64,000 bases of DNA. Source: Nanobdellati archaeon (GTDB lineage: Archaea; Nanobdellota; Nanobdellia; CSSed11-243R1). Below, piece by piece: positions 1 to 9,559 of this stretch (the stretch's first letter is position 1; every line of letters begins with the position of its first letter). The DNA lies in assembly GCA_027007025.1 (NCBI GenBank), contig JALTFL010000002.1, positions 167,066-231,065 on the forward strand. The letters are read 5' to 3'. The notes under the pieces were generated by a model. That model saw only the letters and a program-made list of their open reading frames with translations. It did not search any database and was not told where the DNA came from. The position numbers and the translations under genes were made by a program.

Positions 1-230
1 GACAATGTTTATTCGGTTCACAAATTTGGGACTGAGAATTTTATAGAAAAATTTGCGGAAGAGCACAACTTCAATCCCTTTCAATTGATTCAAAGAACGA
101 TAAACTTGAAGCCGACGATGGGGTTCCACGACGAGTTAAAGCATCCTGTAAAAGTTATGCTTTGGCGGTTTACGAAAAGGTAATAATATAAACCTACATT
201 TAGTTAGATATTAAACAAGGAGGCGTTAAG

Positions 231-422
231 ATGACGAATATGTCAAAAGATGAACAGGTGGGATATCACAAGGGAGCGCTTGAGTCGCTTGTCAAGGAAA
301 GGCAGGAGCTGTACAGATTAATCACAATTGTCGACCAGCTGATAAAACTTCATGCTGAGGCGCTTCAAAAGCTCGGCGTAAAGCTCACAAAAGACGAAGA
401 GGAACTGGAAAAGAAACTTTAA
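231..422 (+). CDS. hypothetical small coiled-coil protein (63 aa)
   Basis: ORF preceded by an AAGGAGG SD at 217-223. No recognisable family. Confidence 0.3.
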   Translation: MTNMSKDEQVGYHKGALESLVKERQELYRLITIVDQLIKLHAEALQKLGVKLTKDEEELEKKL

Positions 423-823
423 CTATACATTGGGTCAAACTTATCTTCTTTTTTGGTTTGTTTAGATTGAGACTCCTTTGTCTTTTGTTCAAGTATTTTC
501 TTGGCCAATTTTTGGGTCACAAAATAAGGGTCATATTTTTCTTTAATCATCTTAAGGATGTTATTTTCGGTTATCCTCAATTTCAATCTTTCGAAGTATT
601 GTACAATTTCATCCTCCAGCGGGTTATAACCAGATTCCTCTTCATACCAACTTATCTTTTTGTAGATTCCTAATCCACGTTCTAGCTCGGCTTGGAGTAT
701 GATTATGCTTCTTCCTTTGTTTAAATATTCATCAGGATTGTAGTCATTCCAATCATCTGGAAATTCCTCAAGTTCTTTCTCCAGATGGGACAATTGATTT
801 TTGAGTAGAGTTGTATAACACAT
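419..823 (-). CDS. hypothetical protein (134 aa)
   Basis: Intact ORF convergent with 231..422. No motif recognised. Confidence 0.3.
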   Translation of the reverse strand: MCYTTLLKNQLSHLEKELEEFPDDWNDYNPDEYLNKGRSIIILQAELERGLGIYKKISWYEEESGYNPLEDEIVQYFERLKLRITENNILKMIKEKYDPYFVTQKLAKKILEQKTKESQSKQTKKEDKFDPMYS

Positions 824-885
824 ATTTCATATGAATTTCGTAAGGTATATATATTTTATTATTTTAACTACTTCTTGATAGTATT

Positions 886-1656
886 ATGAGGAGTCCAGTA
901 ACATCATTTAAACACACAACTAAAGTCCAGAAGGCGTATGGCTTAAATGAAAATCTAAAAAAGGATATTATATCCAAAAGTGAGTTTTCGGAATATCCCG
1001 GCGATTACACCAATGATGTCCTCCTTGGAATGGGATTGGATTATGTTTTTGACAAAAGGGAATTGGGAGATGATGACACCTTATTCATTGTTGAAGGTGG
1101 ATTTCCACACATTCCTTTCATATCATGCGCATTGAGATATAACAATGTCGAGCCCTTTTTGTGGGTTGAAACTATCAAGCCAGACCTTAAGAGGACATAT
1201 TACTCAAACTTCGCGTATTTTAGCGAACAATTCAACAAATTGGAGCGCGGCAGTTTTCCTGCCCGAGTTTTTGACACTCACAGCAGCATTGACAGGAGCG
1301 ACTTGATACCAATGAACGGCGATTTAAAAGAGATGGGTGTTGAGACAGTCGTTTTTTTGATGGAAGGGGTTCTGCCTCTTGACAGCGAATATAACACCGA
1401 CAATGAACTTACCAAATTGTTTTCCGAGGAGAGAGAGTCGTATACCTCTTTGTATCGCTCGCTTAAGAGACGCTTTGATGTGAAGATATATGAGATTGAC
1501 CCTCGCACGACATCGCATGGTTTTGACAAGTTAGTCGAGCACATTGAATCGGACGATGACAAGATGAACTTTTTAGTTGAAGTGTGGGGGCACAATGAGC
1601 ATAGCTGGGATGAGTTGCGAAAAATCCTTTCGAAATTCAAGAAAAGTTTCTTTTAA
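886..1656 (+). CDS. hypothetical protein (256 aa)
   Basis: Long ORF with locally higher GC. No family recognised. Confidence 0.4.
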   Translation: MRSPVTSFKHTTKVQKAYGLNENLKKDIISKSEFSEYPGDYTNDVLLGMGLDYVFDKRELGDDDTLFIVEGGFPHIPFISCALRYNNVEPFLWVETIKPDLKRTYYSNFAYFSEQFNKLERGSFPARVFDTHSSIDRSDLIPMNGDLKEMGVETVVFLMEGVLPLDSEYNTDNELTKLFSEERESYTSLYRSLKRRFDVKIYEIDPRTTSHGFDKLVEHIESDDDKMNFLVEVWGHNEHSWDELRKILSKFKKSFF

Positions 1657-2328
1657 TCAATGTGTGATATCATATTTTAATCTATTCTTTTCTTTCGGCA
1701 CCCAATGCTTTTTTATGCCTTCCGTAAATTCTTTTGGAACATATTTTGCTCTATAAATGTTGTAATTTTCATCGTCAATCCTTATAACCAACCCTTCTTT
1801 TTTTGACGCTCCAAAATTGGAATTTTCGATTAAATGTTCAAGGTTATCCTTTCCATTTATACTTCCTTCGTAGATTGGTTGGTTATACACAATTTTTGTA
1901 TTATTTAGTATTCTAGACACTTTTTTTTGTGACAAAAATTTTTGTTCATTAGCATCAAATATATCATATGCAATGAAATAGGATGGAAGAGATAGATAAT
2001 GTATCGAGTGTTTCCAAAATACCCATTCACCAATCAAATACAAATTTTTATCGGATATCTTTTTTATTTCTTTTTCGTGTGTTTTATACCACAAGTCGAG
2101 ACTTTTGAATTTTGTGTCATAACCTGTAACAATACTACTTCTGCTTTTAAAATGTGGGCCAGCTTCGTCCGCGAAAATCATTAAATTATTCCCATCAATT
2201 TTCTCTTGAATTATCACATTAGATTCTAAAAATAACTTTACTTTATCCTTGTCTAATATCTTATCTTCGCGTGTGCCCTTTGAGAATATATAGGGTGTTT
2301 TTGGAAATTTGAACTCTTGCCACTTCAT
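1657..2328 (-). CDS. ATP-dependent RNA/DNA ligase-like nucleotidyltransferase (Rnl2-like minimal domain)
   Basis: Motif I KxDG (QEKIDGNN), motif IV EGLVIR and motif V AKYVPK are in the correct order. The protein is 223 aa with no OB domain. Confidence 0.5.
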   Translation of the reverse strand: MKWQEFKFPKTPYIFSKGTREDKILDKDKVKLFLESNVIIQEKIDGNNLMIFADEAGPHFKSRSSIVTGYDTKFKSLDLWYKTHEKEIKKISDKNLYLIGEWVFWKHSIHYLSLPSYFIAYDIFDANEQKFLSQKKVSRILNNTKIVYNQPIYEGSINGKDNLEHLIENSNFGASKKEGLVIRIDDENYNIYRAKYVPKEFTEGIKKHWVPKEKNRLKYDITH

Positions 2329-2384
2329 AATAGATTAATTTATCGTTATGCCTTTATAAAATTTACTACATATTAGTAGTAAGA

Positions 2385-2885
2385 CTAATATGCTTTTAAT
2401 TCTCTTTGTATATAAATCTCAGAAGGTATAACATCAACACCTATTGTTTGGTAACCATTTAGAATCTCTTCTATGTCACTATCTGAAGATATAATTTTAA
2501 CATTGTTCTGCTGTTTTGAAAGGGTATACGCAAGTTTAAGAAGAGCTGCATCCCCAAGTCCAACTCTACTATTTTTTTTGTATGAACAGTCTCTTAACGC
2601 GCCTTCTAAACTTTTGATATCAGTGTTGGTTATACCGACGTTCACTAAAGTTATTCTATCGTTCCCTATTAACCCCCACAATTTTTCCATAAGTCTTCCT
2701 GGAACAAGCAATTTTCCATCATCGCTATGTCTATGGTCATACTGTTGATGTATTAATTCATTCAAAACTTCATTAGGGAGTATATAATTGCCATCTAGCT
2801 CTTCAAGCTTGCCCTTATTGTAGAGTGTTATAACTGCTTGAGTGTCCAGAAGATATATAGGGTTTTCATCTTGAGCATTTATCAT
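2385..2885 (-). CDS. PIN-domain nuclease
   Basis: The acidic tetrad spacing matches a PIN fold: D in IYLLDTQ, E in PNEVLNEL, D in LGDAALLKLA, D in SSDSDI. It sits directly upstream of the ligase on the same strand. Confidence 0.45.
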   Translation of the reverse strand: MINAQDENPIYLLDTQAVITLYNKGKLEELDGNYILPNEVLNELIHQQYDHRHSDDGKLLVPGRLMEKLWGLIGNDRITLVNVGITNTDIKSLEGALRDCSYKKNSRVGLGDAALLKLAYTLSKQQNNVKIISSDSDIEEILNGYQTIGVDVIPSEIYIQRELKAY

Positions 2886-3184
2886 TTGTTCCTCACCAAC
2901 ATATTAATACATCAATTGTTTATAAATGTTACTACTATTAAGTAAATACATAGAGAAAGATTTATAAATACAACACTCTTTATTTCATTGTTGAAAATGA
3001 AACCAAAAGGCGATTATCGGAATTGAATCCTTCTTTGGAGATTTGCTTAGTTATATTTCTGAATTTCAGTCATATTCTCTAAAGTTTTCAGGAGGTGAAA
3101 TTATGGAAACTAGAGTTAAGAAGACAGGTGGTCGTCGGAATCACCAAAGAAAAACATTTTAAGCGTGAGGTAGTGAAGTATTCT

Positions 3185-4453
3185 ATGGATTTTGTTGAAA
3201 TTGGAGACATTTTGGATGGAAAACACACGGGCGAGAAGGTTGCGATTCGCGGATGGGTTTACAGGGAAAGAAAGCAAAAATCTGTTTCGTTTTTTTTGAT
3301 AAGGGATGATTCAGGAATAATACAAACAGCCGTCAAGCCCGGTTCTGAGTTTTGGGAAGACTCCCAGAAGCTCACGGTTGAGTCGTCAGTTAAAGTTTGG
3401 GGAACTGTCAAGGAAGACAAGAGAGCCCCGGGTGGATACGAAATCCAAGTAGAAAAACTTGAGATAGTCGGCATTGCGGAGAGGTTCCCAATCACGAAGG
3501 ACCAGAGCGAGGAATTCCTGAGAGATGTAAGGCATCTGTGGATTCGCAGCAGAAAAATGACGCTGTTCTTCAAGATAAGGAGTTTTGTGTTCGAAGCAAT
3601 ACATGAGTTTTACAAGAAGAAAGGATTCTATGAGATTCAGGCGCCAAGCTTTACGGGCTCCGCCTGCGAGGGGGGCTCTACGTTGTTCGAGGTGAAATAC
3701 TTCGACAAGAAGGCGTATTTGACGCAGTCGTGGCAGCTGTACGGCGAAGCAATGATTTTTTCCCTTCAGAAAATATATACTATTGCTCCGAGCTTCCGAG
3801 CCGAGAAAAGTAGGACAAGGAGACATCTCGCGGAATACTGGCACCACGAAATGGAAGCCGCGTGGATGCAGTTCGACGAGCTTTTGGAATTCGAGGAAGA
3901 GTTCGTAACTTTCGTGGCACATTATGTCGCGGAAAAGTGCGGCAAGGAACTCAAGGAGCTTGGAAGGGATGTTGAGGAGCTCAAGAAACTGAAACCTCCC
4001 TTCAAGAGAATGAGATATGAAGAGGCAATCAAAAAGCTCGGGAAGGAGTGGGGCTATGACTTGACGGACGCTGACGAAAGGAAACTTGTCGCGGAAATAG
4101 GTGCGCCGGTTTTCATAACCCATTTTCCGAGGGATATGAAAGCATTTTACATGCGCCCGGACCCTAAAGATAAGAAAGTCGTGCTTGCCGCTGATTTGTT
4201 GATTCCTGGAGTTGGCGAAACAACAGGCGGAAGCGAGAGAATCTATGACTTAAAGGAATTGGAAGAATCCCTTGAATTGTTCAAGCTTGACAAGAAGGAT
4301 TATGACTGGTACATTGACTTGAGGAGATATGGAACGGTTCCCCATTCAGGATTCGGACTCGGCATTGAAAGGTTGGTTATGTGGCTCGCCGGAGCGGAGC
4401 ACATAATGGAAACAATTCCATTCCCGAGAACAATTGTCCGGTTGCACCCTTAA
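3185..4453 (+). CDS. asnS: asparaginyl-tRNA synthetase (class II)
   Basis: Class II motifs are present (FRAEKSRTRRHLAEYWHHEMEAAWM, GGSERIYD, GFGLGIERLVMWL). The N-terminus aligns with archaeal AsnRS at MDFVEIGDILDG. The ORF track extends to GTG 3095. The likely ATG is 3185, with GAGGT at 3167-3171. Confidence 0.85.
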   Translation: MDFVEIGDILDGKHTGEKVAIRGWVYRERKQKSVSFFLIRDDSGIIQTAVKPGSEFWEDSQKLTVESSVKVWGTVKEDKRAPGGYEIQVEKLEIVGIAERFPITKDQSEEFLRDVRHLWIRSRKMTLFFKIRSFVFEAIHEFYKKKGFYEIQAPSFTGSACEGGSTLFEVKYFDKKAYLTQSWQLYGEAMIFSLQKIYTIAPSFRAEKSRTRRHLAEYWHHEMEAAWMQFDELLEFEEEFVTFVAHYVAEKCGKELKELGRDVEELKKLKPPFKRMRYEEAIKKLGKEWGYDLTDADERKLVAEIGAPVFITHFPRDMKAFYMRPDPKDKKVVLAADLLIPGVGETTGGSERIYDLKELEESLELFKLDKKDYDWYIDLRRYGTVPHSGFGLGIERLVMWLAGAEHIMETIPFPRTIVRLHP

Positions 4454-4511
4454 TTTTTAATTTTTTATTTTTGGGAAACTTTATAAACGAAATAAAATAT
4501 TCAACATTTGT

Positions 4512-4688
4512 GGCCGCGTAGCTCAAGCACACCCTTCTTAAGAAGAAGCGTGTACGGAAGAAGGGGGGTGCGGCAAGGCGGTTAGAGCGGCAGCCTGTTA
4601 AAGAACCCTTTCTTAGAAAGAAAGCGTTCACGGAAAGAAGGGGTTGGCTGTAAGCTGTAGGTCGGCGGTTCGAATCCGCCCGCGGCCG
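4512..4688 (+). tRNA. tRNA-Asn(GTT), two introns
   Basis: Acceptor GGCCGCG/CGCGGCC with discriminator G. D-stem GCTC/GAGC. Anticodon stem GCAGC/GCTGT with loop CTGTTAA. Variable region AGGTC. T-arm GGCGG-TTCGAAT-CCGCC. Intron 1 is about 4529-4578 in the D-loop. Intron 2 is about 4602-4653 at 37/38. TATA CTTTATAAA at 4479-4487, about -27. Confidence 0.75.
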
Positions 4689-4708
4689 CTTTCTTAATTT
4701 ATATAAAT

Positions 4709-5866
4709 GTGAACCAGTTTCTTTTTCTTATGCCGTTTACGAATATATTTCACTGGATGCAGAAGCTGAACAAGGAACTTGAGGAAGTTTATCTGACGTT
4801 GTATCTTAGGAAATTTGCCATAACTCTCGCAGGCATATTTATTCCAATTTATCTTTATACCATAGGATACAATTTTGGCGAGGTAATTGCAGTTGTTGCT
4901 ATGATGTACGCCGCAAAGATAATCCTCTCCCCTGTTTCGCTGAAAGTGAGCGAGAAGATTGGCGTCAAGCACACTATAATACTGAATGTTCCTCTTTTGC
5001 TTTTGTTCCTTTGGATGCTTTACATGCTTCCGAATTATCCCCATTATATAGGATATTTAGTTGCTCCCTTAATCTCCGCGTCGAACATGTTTTTTTGGAT
5101 TCCCATCAACAGCATATTCGCGAGATACGCTCACAAGAAAAGAACGGGCAAGGAAACAAGCTATCTTATGCTTACGTCGCGCCTTAGCGGAGTAATAGCC
5201 CCATTAGTCGGTGGTATAATTCTAACCGAACTTTCCTTCAACTACTTGTTTGCCATTGTCGGGGCAATTATGTCATTGAGCCTTATTCCATTGTTTATGT
5301 CCAAGGATTACGGCTGCAAAAGAAAAGATGTAGGCATGAAGATGGTGGGTGAGCATTTTAAGTATTATGTCGTGTATTTTATACAGGGTATGCTTTCAGC
5401 TACAATATATCTTGTGATTCCCTTCCTTTCACTTATGCTTTTGAAATCTTATGTATCAGTCGGCTCGGTCTCAACGCTTTTGCTGGTCGGCTCGTTTTTC
5501 GTCATATTTGTTGTGGGAAAACTCACGGACAAGTTTGAAGGCAAGCACCTCATAAAAATCGGCGGTGTTGTTCTTTCAGCGTCCCTCTTGATTTTGGCTT
5601 ACGCTAAGTCACCGTGGGTGGTTTATCTTTCGGTTCTTCTTGTAGGTATCGGCGTGGTGATGGTGTTTCTTCCAATTTTTGCGATTTCATCTCTGATTGC
5701 CAAGAAATACAACGAAACAGAGTTCATGATGATGCGGGAAATTTTCCTAGCCGCCGGCTCCACGACTTTTCTTTTGTCACTGCTCATTTTCCCAGATTCT
5801 CTTAAAATAATGGCGGGACTTTTAGTATCCGCTTTGGTTTCGGTTTACTTTGTTTTTTTCAGGTGA
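4709..5866 (+). CDS. MFS-type membrane transporter (about 12 TM)
   Basis: Hydrophobic helices throughout. Start uncertain. Confidence 0.45.
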   Translation: MNQFLFLMPFTNIFHWMQKLNKELEEVYLTLYLRKFAITLAGIFIPIYLYTIGYNFGEVIAVVAMMYAAKIILSPVSLKVSEKIGVKHTIILNVPLLLLFLWMLYMLPNYPHYIGYLVAPLISASNMFFWIPINSIFARYAHKKRTGKETSYLMLTSRLSGVIAPLVGGIILTELSFNYLFAIVGAIMSLSLIPLFMSKDYGCKRKDVGMKMVGEHFKYYVVYFIQGMLSATIYLVIPFLSLMLLKSYVSVGSVSTLLLVGSFFVIFVVGKLTDKFEGKHLIKIGGVVLSASLLILAYAKSPWVVYLSVLLVGIGVVMVFLPIFAISSLIAKKYNETEFMMMREIFLAAGSTTFLLSLLIFPDSLKIMAGLLVSALVSVYFVFFR

Positions 5867-6089
5867 TATGATGGAAAAGAAGATGAAAATTGCAGCTTCA
5901 AAGACGGCTTTTGTTTTTGGGCTCCTTGTTTGGATTTATGTAATCGCGATGCAGATAGCACATCCAGAAAGCGTCAGCTGGACATTTACATCTTGGCTTA
6001 GAATTAGAATGGACTTTGTCGGAGAAATTTCATTTTTGATTTCCATAATCAGTTTTTTTGTTTGGCAACTAGTAACGCTTAAAAAGTAG
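5850..6089 (+). CDS. small membrane protein
   Basis: 79 aa with 2 predicted TM helices. Overlaps the upstream stop. Confidence 0.3.
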   Translation: MFFSGDMMEKKMKIAASKTAFVFGLLVWIYVIAMQIAHPESVSWTFTSWLRIRMDFVGEISFLISIISFFVWQLVTLKK

Positions 6090-6106
6090 TGATTTTTTAA
6101 CTCATT

Positions 6107-6817
6107 ATGGGGAAACTTGAAGAAATAACTACGGAGATAGCATCGGTAGATAATGTAAAAGGAATTGTTATCTTTGGTTCATACGTCACTTCTTTGTCGC
6201 CCAGAGATATTGATGTTTTGGTTGTGTTGGGCTCGGATTTTTTTTTAACAAATCCGGAGGATTACAAGCAAATTGCGTCGTCATTGTTTAAACATTCCAT
6301 ATTTCCATCATTAGATATAACAATAAAAACGGATAAGGAATTTGAGATTACAAATATTGTTTCCCTTTCAAGGGGTTTCCTCCAGCACTTAAACAATGTA
6401 GGCAACATAATCTATGATGAGATTGGTCTTGAGAAAAATATACTCAAGCGACTTACGGAATTAAAATCAATGGACGGGTACTGGAATGAACTTGGCGACT
6501 CGCTTTCAATAAGAAAAGAGTACCTTTCAAGTTTATTGGGCAAGGATTACTCGCTTTCAGCTAGATTTTACCAGCAGGCAGTTAGAGAAGTGATGAAACT
6601 GGAGTTTCCAGAAGAGTTAGATACCAAAGATAGTATAATCCAACTTTTTTATGATACTCTTTTTGAAAAAGTGGATTATGCTTCGTTTTTTGGAGAATCT
6701 CCTGAGTTTACAGTATATAGAGTTTTGAATGCATTTAGATATAATAACCCTAGTGTGTTAAAAGATGAGATTGAAAAGGCAATGTTTGCCATGAATTCAT
6801 ATCTTGTATCTGAGTAA
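6107..6817 (+). CDS. nucleotidyltransferase-domain protein (Pol-beta superfamily)
   Basis: GS...DxD motif: IVIFGSYVTSLSPRDIDVLVVLGSD. Confidence 0.55.
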   Translation: MGKLEEITTEIASVDNVKGIVIFGSYVTSLSPRDIDVLVVLGSDFFLTNPEDYKQIASSLFKHSIFPSLDITIKTDKEFEITNIVSLSRGFLQHLNNVGNIIYDEIGLEKNILKRLTELKSMDGYWNELGDSLSIRKEYLSSLLGKDYSLSARFYQQAVREVMKLEFPEELDTKDSIIQLFYDTLFEKVDYASFFGESPEFTVYRVLNAFRYNNPSVLKDEIEKAMFAMNSYLVSE

Positions 6818-7858
6818 TGCTCCAACTTGCATTTCAGCGAATCTCTCTCCGGCTTCGTGCTCCTGGGAAATAATCGTCACGCTTGCCCCGTTTTTTTCGG
6901 CGTTTTCCATCAAGTTATTCAGTTCATCAAACTTGTTTTCCTCTTTGAGCTTTTCGATGTAACTGTCTGATACCAGTAAAGACCCCACCGCTCCGTATTC
7001 GACTGCTTTCTTGACTTCCTTGAGTCCATACGTCGCGAGCCCATCTTTTGAAACTTCCTCGAAGAATTTTTCAACTAACTTAGTCTCCTCGGAAATTCTT
7101 CCGCCTCTTGCGACTTTTTCAACGGCGCCTCTCTTGATGAGTTCGTTTATGCCTGTTTTCCCATGAGTGGATATCTTGAATAGGTTAATCTTTTTCTTGA
7201 GCTCAGGAAATTTTTCGATTATCTTTTTGAAATTTTCTGACAGGAACCCGACTCCGCCGAACACTATTTTGTTGACATTGTTGTGCTTCGCAGTTTCCTC
7301 GAGAAGTCTTGCTAGTTCAGTTAGAAATTCCTCTCTGCTTTTGTCGTAGAGCTTTTGTGCTTCCTTCTTTTTTCCGGGAAGCGACTTTGTCAAGTCTGTT
7401 ATATATTCAATTCCGAATTCCTTAAGCAGTGCGATTGTAGCGTCGCCGTAATCTGCCGCGCACAAAATCAGTTTCGGCTTTTTAGTCGATTCGACAGCAT
7501 CTTTTATTCTTTTAATCTGCCAGTTCTGCCAGTTTTCTTTTTTTATTGACAAAATATTTCCCCTTTCAACTGTGATGGTGTGAAACACTCCGTGTGGAAC
7601 ATTTTGATTTGATGATTCCACAATAGTTCCAAGAAGCCTAAGGGTGTTTTTTTGGAATTCAACTTTTTCGACTTTCAGCTTAACCCTCAATTTTACTCTT
7701 TTTCCCTCTTGCTCATCTGTCTTTTTCACAATTCTTGTCGTTTCGCTTTCAATCTCGTCGTCTTTGTCTATTATTCTTGAGAGCACCCAAATGTCATCAA
7801 GAGTGTCCACCTTAACTTTTAGGATTCCCTCTTTTTTATCCTCAAATATTATTTTCAT
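6797..7858 (-). CDS. pelA: Pelota/Dom34 mRNA surveillance factor
   Basis: N-terminus MKIIFEDKKEGILKVKVDTLDDIWVLSRII is Pelota-like. Length 353 aa. No GGQ, so not aRF1. Confidence 0.7.
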   Translation of the reverse strand: MKIIFEDKKEGILKVKVDTLDDIWVLSRIIDKDDEIESETTRIVKKTDEQEGKRVKLRVKLKVEKVEFQKNTLRLLGTIVESSNQNVPHGVFHTITVERGNILSIKKENWQNWQIKRIKDAVESTKKPKLILCAADYGDATIALLKEFGIEYITDLTKSLPGKKKEAQKLYDKSREEFLTELARLLEETAKHNNVNKIVFGGVGFLSENFKKIIEKFPELKKKINLFKISTHGKTGINELIKRGAVEKVARGGRISEETKLVEKFFEEVSKDGLATYGLKEVKKAVEYGAVGSLLVSDSYIEKLKEENKFDELNNLMENAEKNGASVTIISQEHEAGERFAEMQVGALLRYKI

Positions 7859-7946
7859 GTTTAATTTTATTCCTATGGTATATATAAACTAAACTCTATT
7901 TTGGCGTCATAAAACTTTTATAAAAGATAAACTCCTTTTTCATTTT

Positions 7947-8078
7947 ATGGTGAGAGACGAGGAAAGTTTGGTATGCCCGAACTGTGGTTCTAAAGAAATT
8001 GTTTTGCTTGAGTCTACAGGCGAAATGTACTGCAAAAAATGCGGCACCATACTTGAAGAAGAGTTGTTGAGGGCATAG
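7947..8078 (+). CDS. small zinc-ribbon protein (TFIIB-type CxxC...CxxC, 43 aa)
   Basis: Missed by the ORF track. MVRDEESLVCPNCGSKEIVLLESTGEMYCKKCGTILEEELLRA. Confidence 0.45.
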   Translation: MVRDEESLVCPNCGSKEIVLLESTGEMYCKKCGTILEEELLRA

Positions 8079-8160
8079 ATTTATAGGAAAAGCCCAATAT
8101 TGTTTTTAATAGATTTTTTCATCCACTAAGTTTATTAACTTCAGGTTAATTCTAATTCAT

Positions 8161-8412
8161 ATGTGTCTAAAACAATGGAAAAAAATGGAACCCTGGATGC
8201 AGGATGGAACGGTAGGCTTCGCAGTCGGATTGGTTCTTTACATTCTTAGACTGTTAGGGATTACATTTCCGTACTTGTCCAACTGGAACGCCGCAAATTT
8301 ATCGTTGGGAGCAGTAGGAGTAACAATGGTTGTCGCATACACCATCATTGGTATTTTTATTGGAGAACTAATTGAGCAAACGACAGGCATTAAAAGAAAA
8401 CGAAAGAAGTAA
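8161..8412 (+). CDS. small membrane protein
   Basis: 83 aa, 2 TM. Confidence 0.3.
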   Translation: MCLKQWKKMEPWMQDGTVGFAVGLVLYILRLLGITFPYLSNWNAANLSLGAVGVTMVVAYTIIGIFIGELIEQTTGIKRKRKK

Positions 8413-9516
8413 TTACTTAATTAACATCAATGTTTGGTATAAAATACCAGTGGTAAAGATAAGAATAGAATAATATATCGGTAAGTTTCCGCCTGGAATA
8501 ATCTTTTTGAATTTCTTCGTTTTTCTTGCTTTTAGGGCCATTACCATAGTCAACAAGCCGAGCATTCCGCCGGCGTATGTACCTGAGATTTGAAGGAATG
8601 TTATGAAACCCAATTTGACATACACATAAATTAGAAATGGTATGAACGCTGAAAGGAACCATGACATCCTTTTGTCAAGTCCAAAGTCGTTTACATACAC
8701 ATGTTTTATCGCGTCAGACAATGCTATGAACGGAACACCCATTGCGATTAGCACGAACAAATCCCCCAATATTCTGTAATGGGGCAGTCCAACAACAGCG
8801 ACTTCATTTACGCCAGTTCCCAAGCTGCCGACAAAAACATACGAGAACAAGGCATATGTTGACAACACTATTAGCATTGCAATTGTGCTTGCGGTTATTA
8901 CCTTTCTTTTGTCTTTTCCAAGGACTTTTTTCATTTCAGGAATTACATTGTAACCCAGACATGAGAATAATACAATCCCGAAAGGAATGAATATCTTTGA
9001 TGAGCTTAAAATGAAATTCTGTGAATTGCTTGCAGATGGAATGAAAACTGCTATCAAAAACACCAGCAGAATGATTTTTAGCGCCGCAATCGACAAATCA
9101 AGCTTGTTGAACCTCTTGAAGCCGAACAAAATCAAAGCCGCAGCAAACACGAAGAATGCAGTTCCCATTATCAATGGGCTTCCGCCAAGCATGTCCGCAA
9201 GGGCATATCCAATTGCTATAAGGTATGCTATTATCGCGGTATATATACCGAACGTTTCTGTCGCGAGCGTGAAAAATTTTCCTTTTCTTCCGAAATACTT
9301 CTTGGCGAGTCCGGATATCATATGCTCCTTTTTTTCGTTAAGCGACAATTCTGCGATATAAAGAGTCATAAATGTTGTCGCAATTCCGACGATGATGATA
9401 GTCACTAAACCTGTCAAAAATCCAATTTGTGAAAAAATATAGGGAAATCCAAGAATTGAAGCGCCGGCCACTGTGCTGACCATGAGTGCAACTGCAGTAA
9501 AAAGCTTCGAGTTCAT
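8413..9516 (-). CDS. amino acid permease (Trp/Tyr-permease / AAAP-like)
   Basis: Polytopic protein similar to aromatic amino acid permeases. The start is trimmed to an internal Met (MNSKLF) because the longer ORF would overlap the tRNA 5' end at 9560. Confidence 0.5.
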   Translation of the reverse strand: MNSKLFTAVALMVSTVAGASILGFPYIFSQIGFLTGLVTIIIVGIATTFMTLYIAELSLNEKKEHMISGLAKKYFGRKGKFFTLATETFGIYTAIIAYLIAIGYALADMLGGSPLIMGTAFFVFAAALILFGFKRFNKLDLSIAALKIILLVFLIAVFIPSASNSQNFILSSSKIFIPFGIVLFSCLGYNVIPEMKKVLGKDKRKVITASTIAMLIVLSTYALFSYVFVGSLGTGVNEVAVVGLPHYRILGDLFVLIAMGVPFIALSDAIKHVYVNDFGLDKRMSWFLSAFIPFLIYVYVKLGFITFLQISGTYAGGMLGLLTMVMALKARKTKKFKKIIPGGNLPIYYSILIFTTGILYQTLMLIK

Positions 9517-9559
9517 ACATAGTAAAGCTTTTAATATATTTATATTATTTTCTAAGTAT

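Noticed and set aside
3095-3184. N-terminal extension of AsnRS from GTG 3095
   Set aside because: GTG 3095 lies inside the SD sequence itself. The alignment to archaeal AsnRS starts at MDFVEIGDILDG (ATG 3185), which has its own SD.
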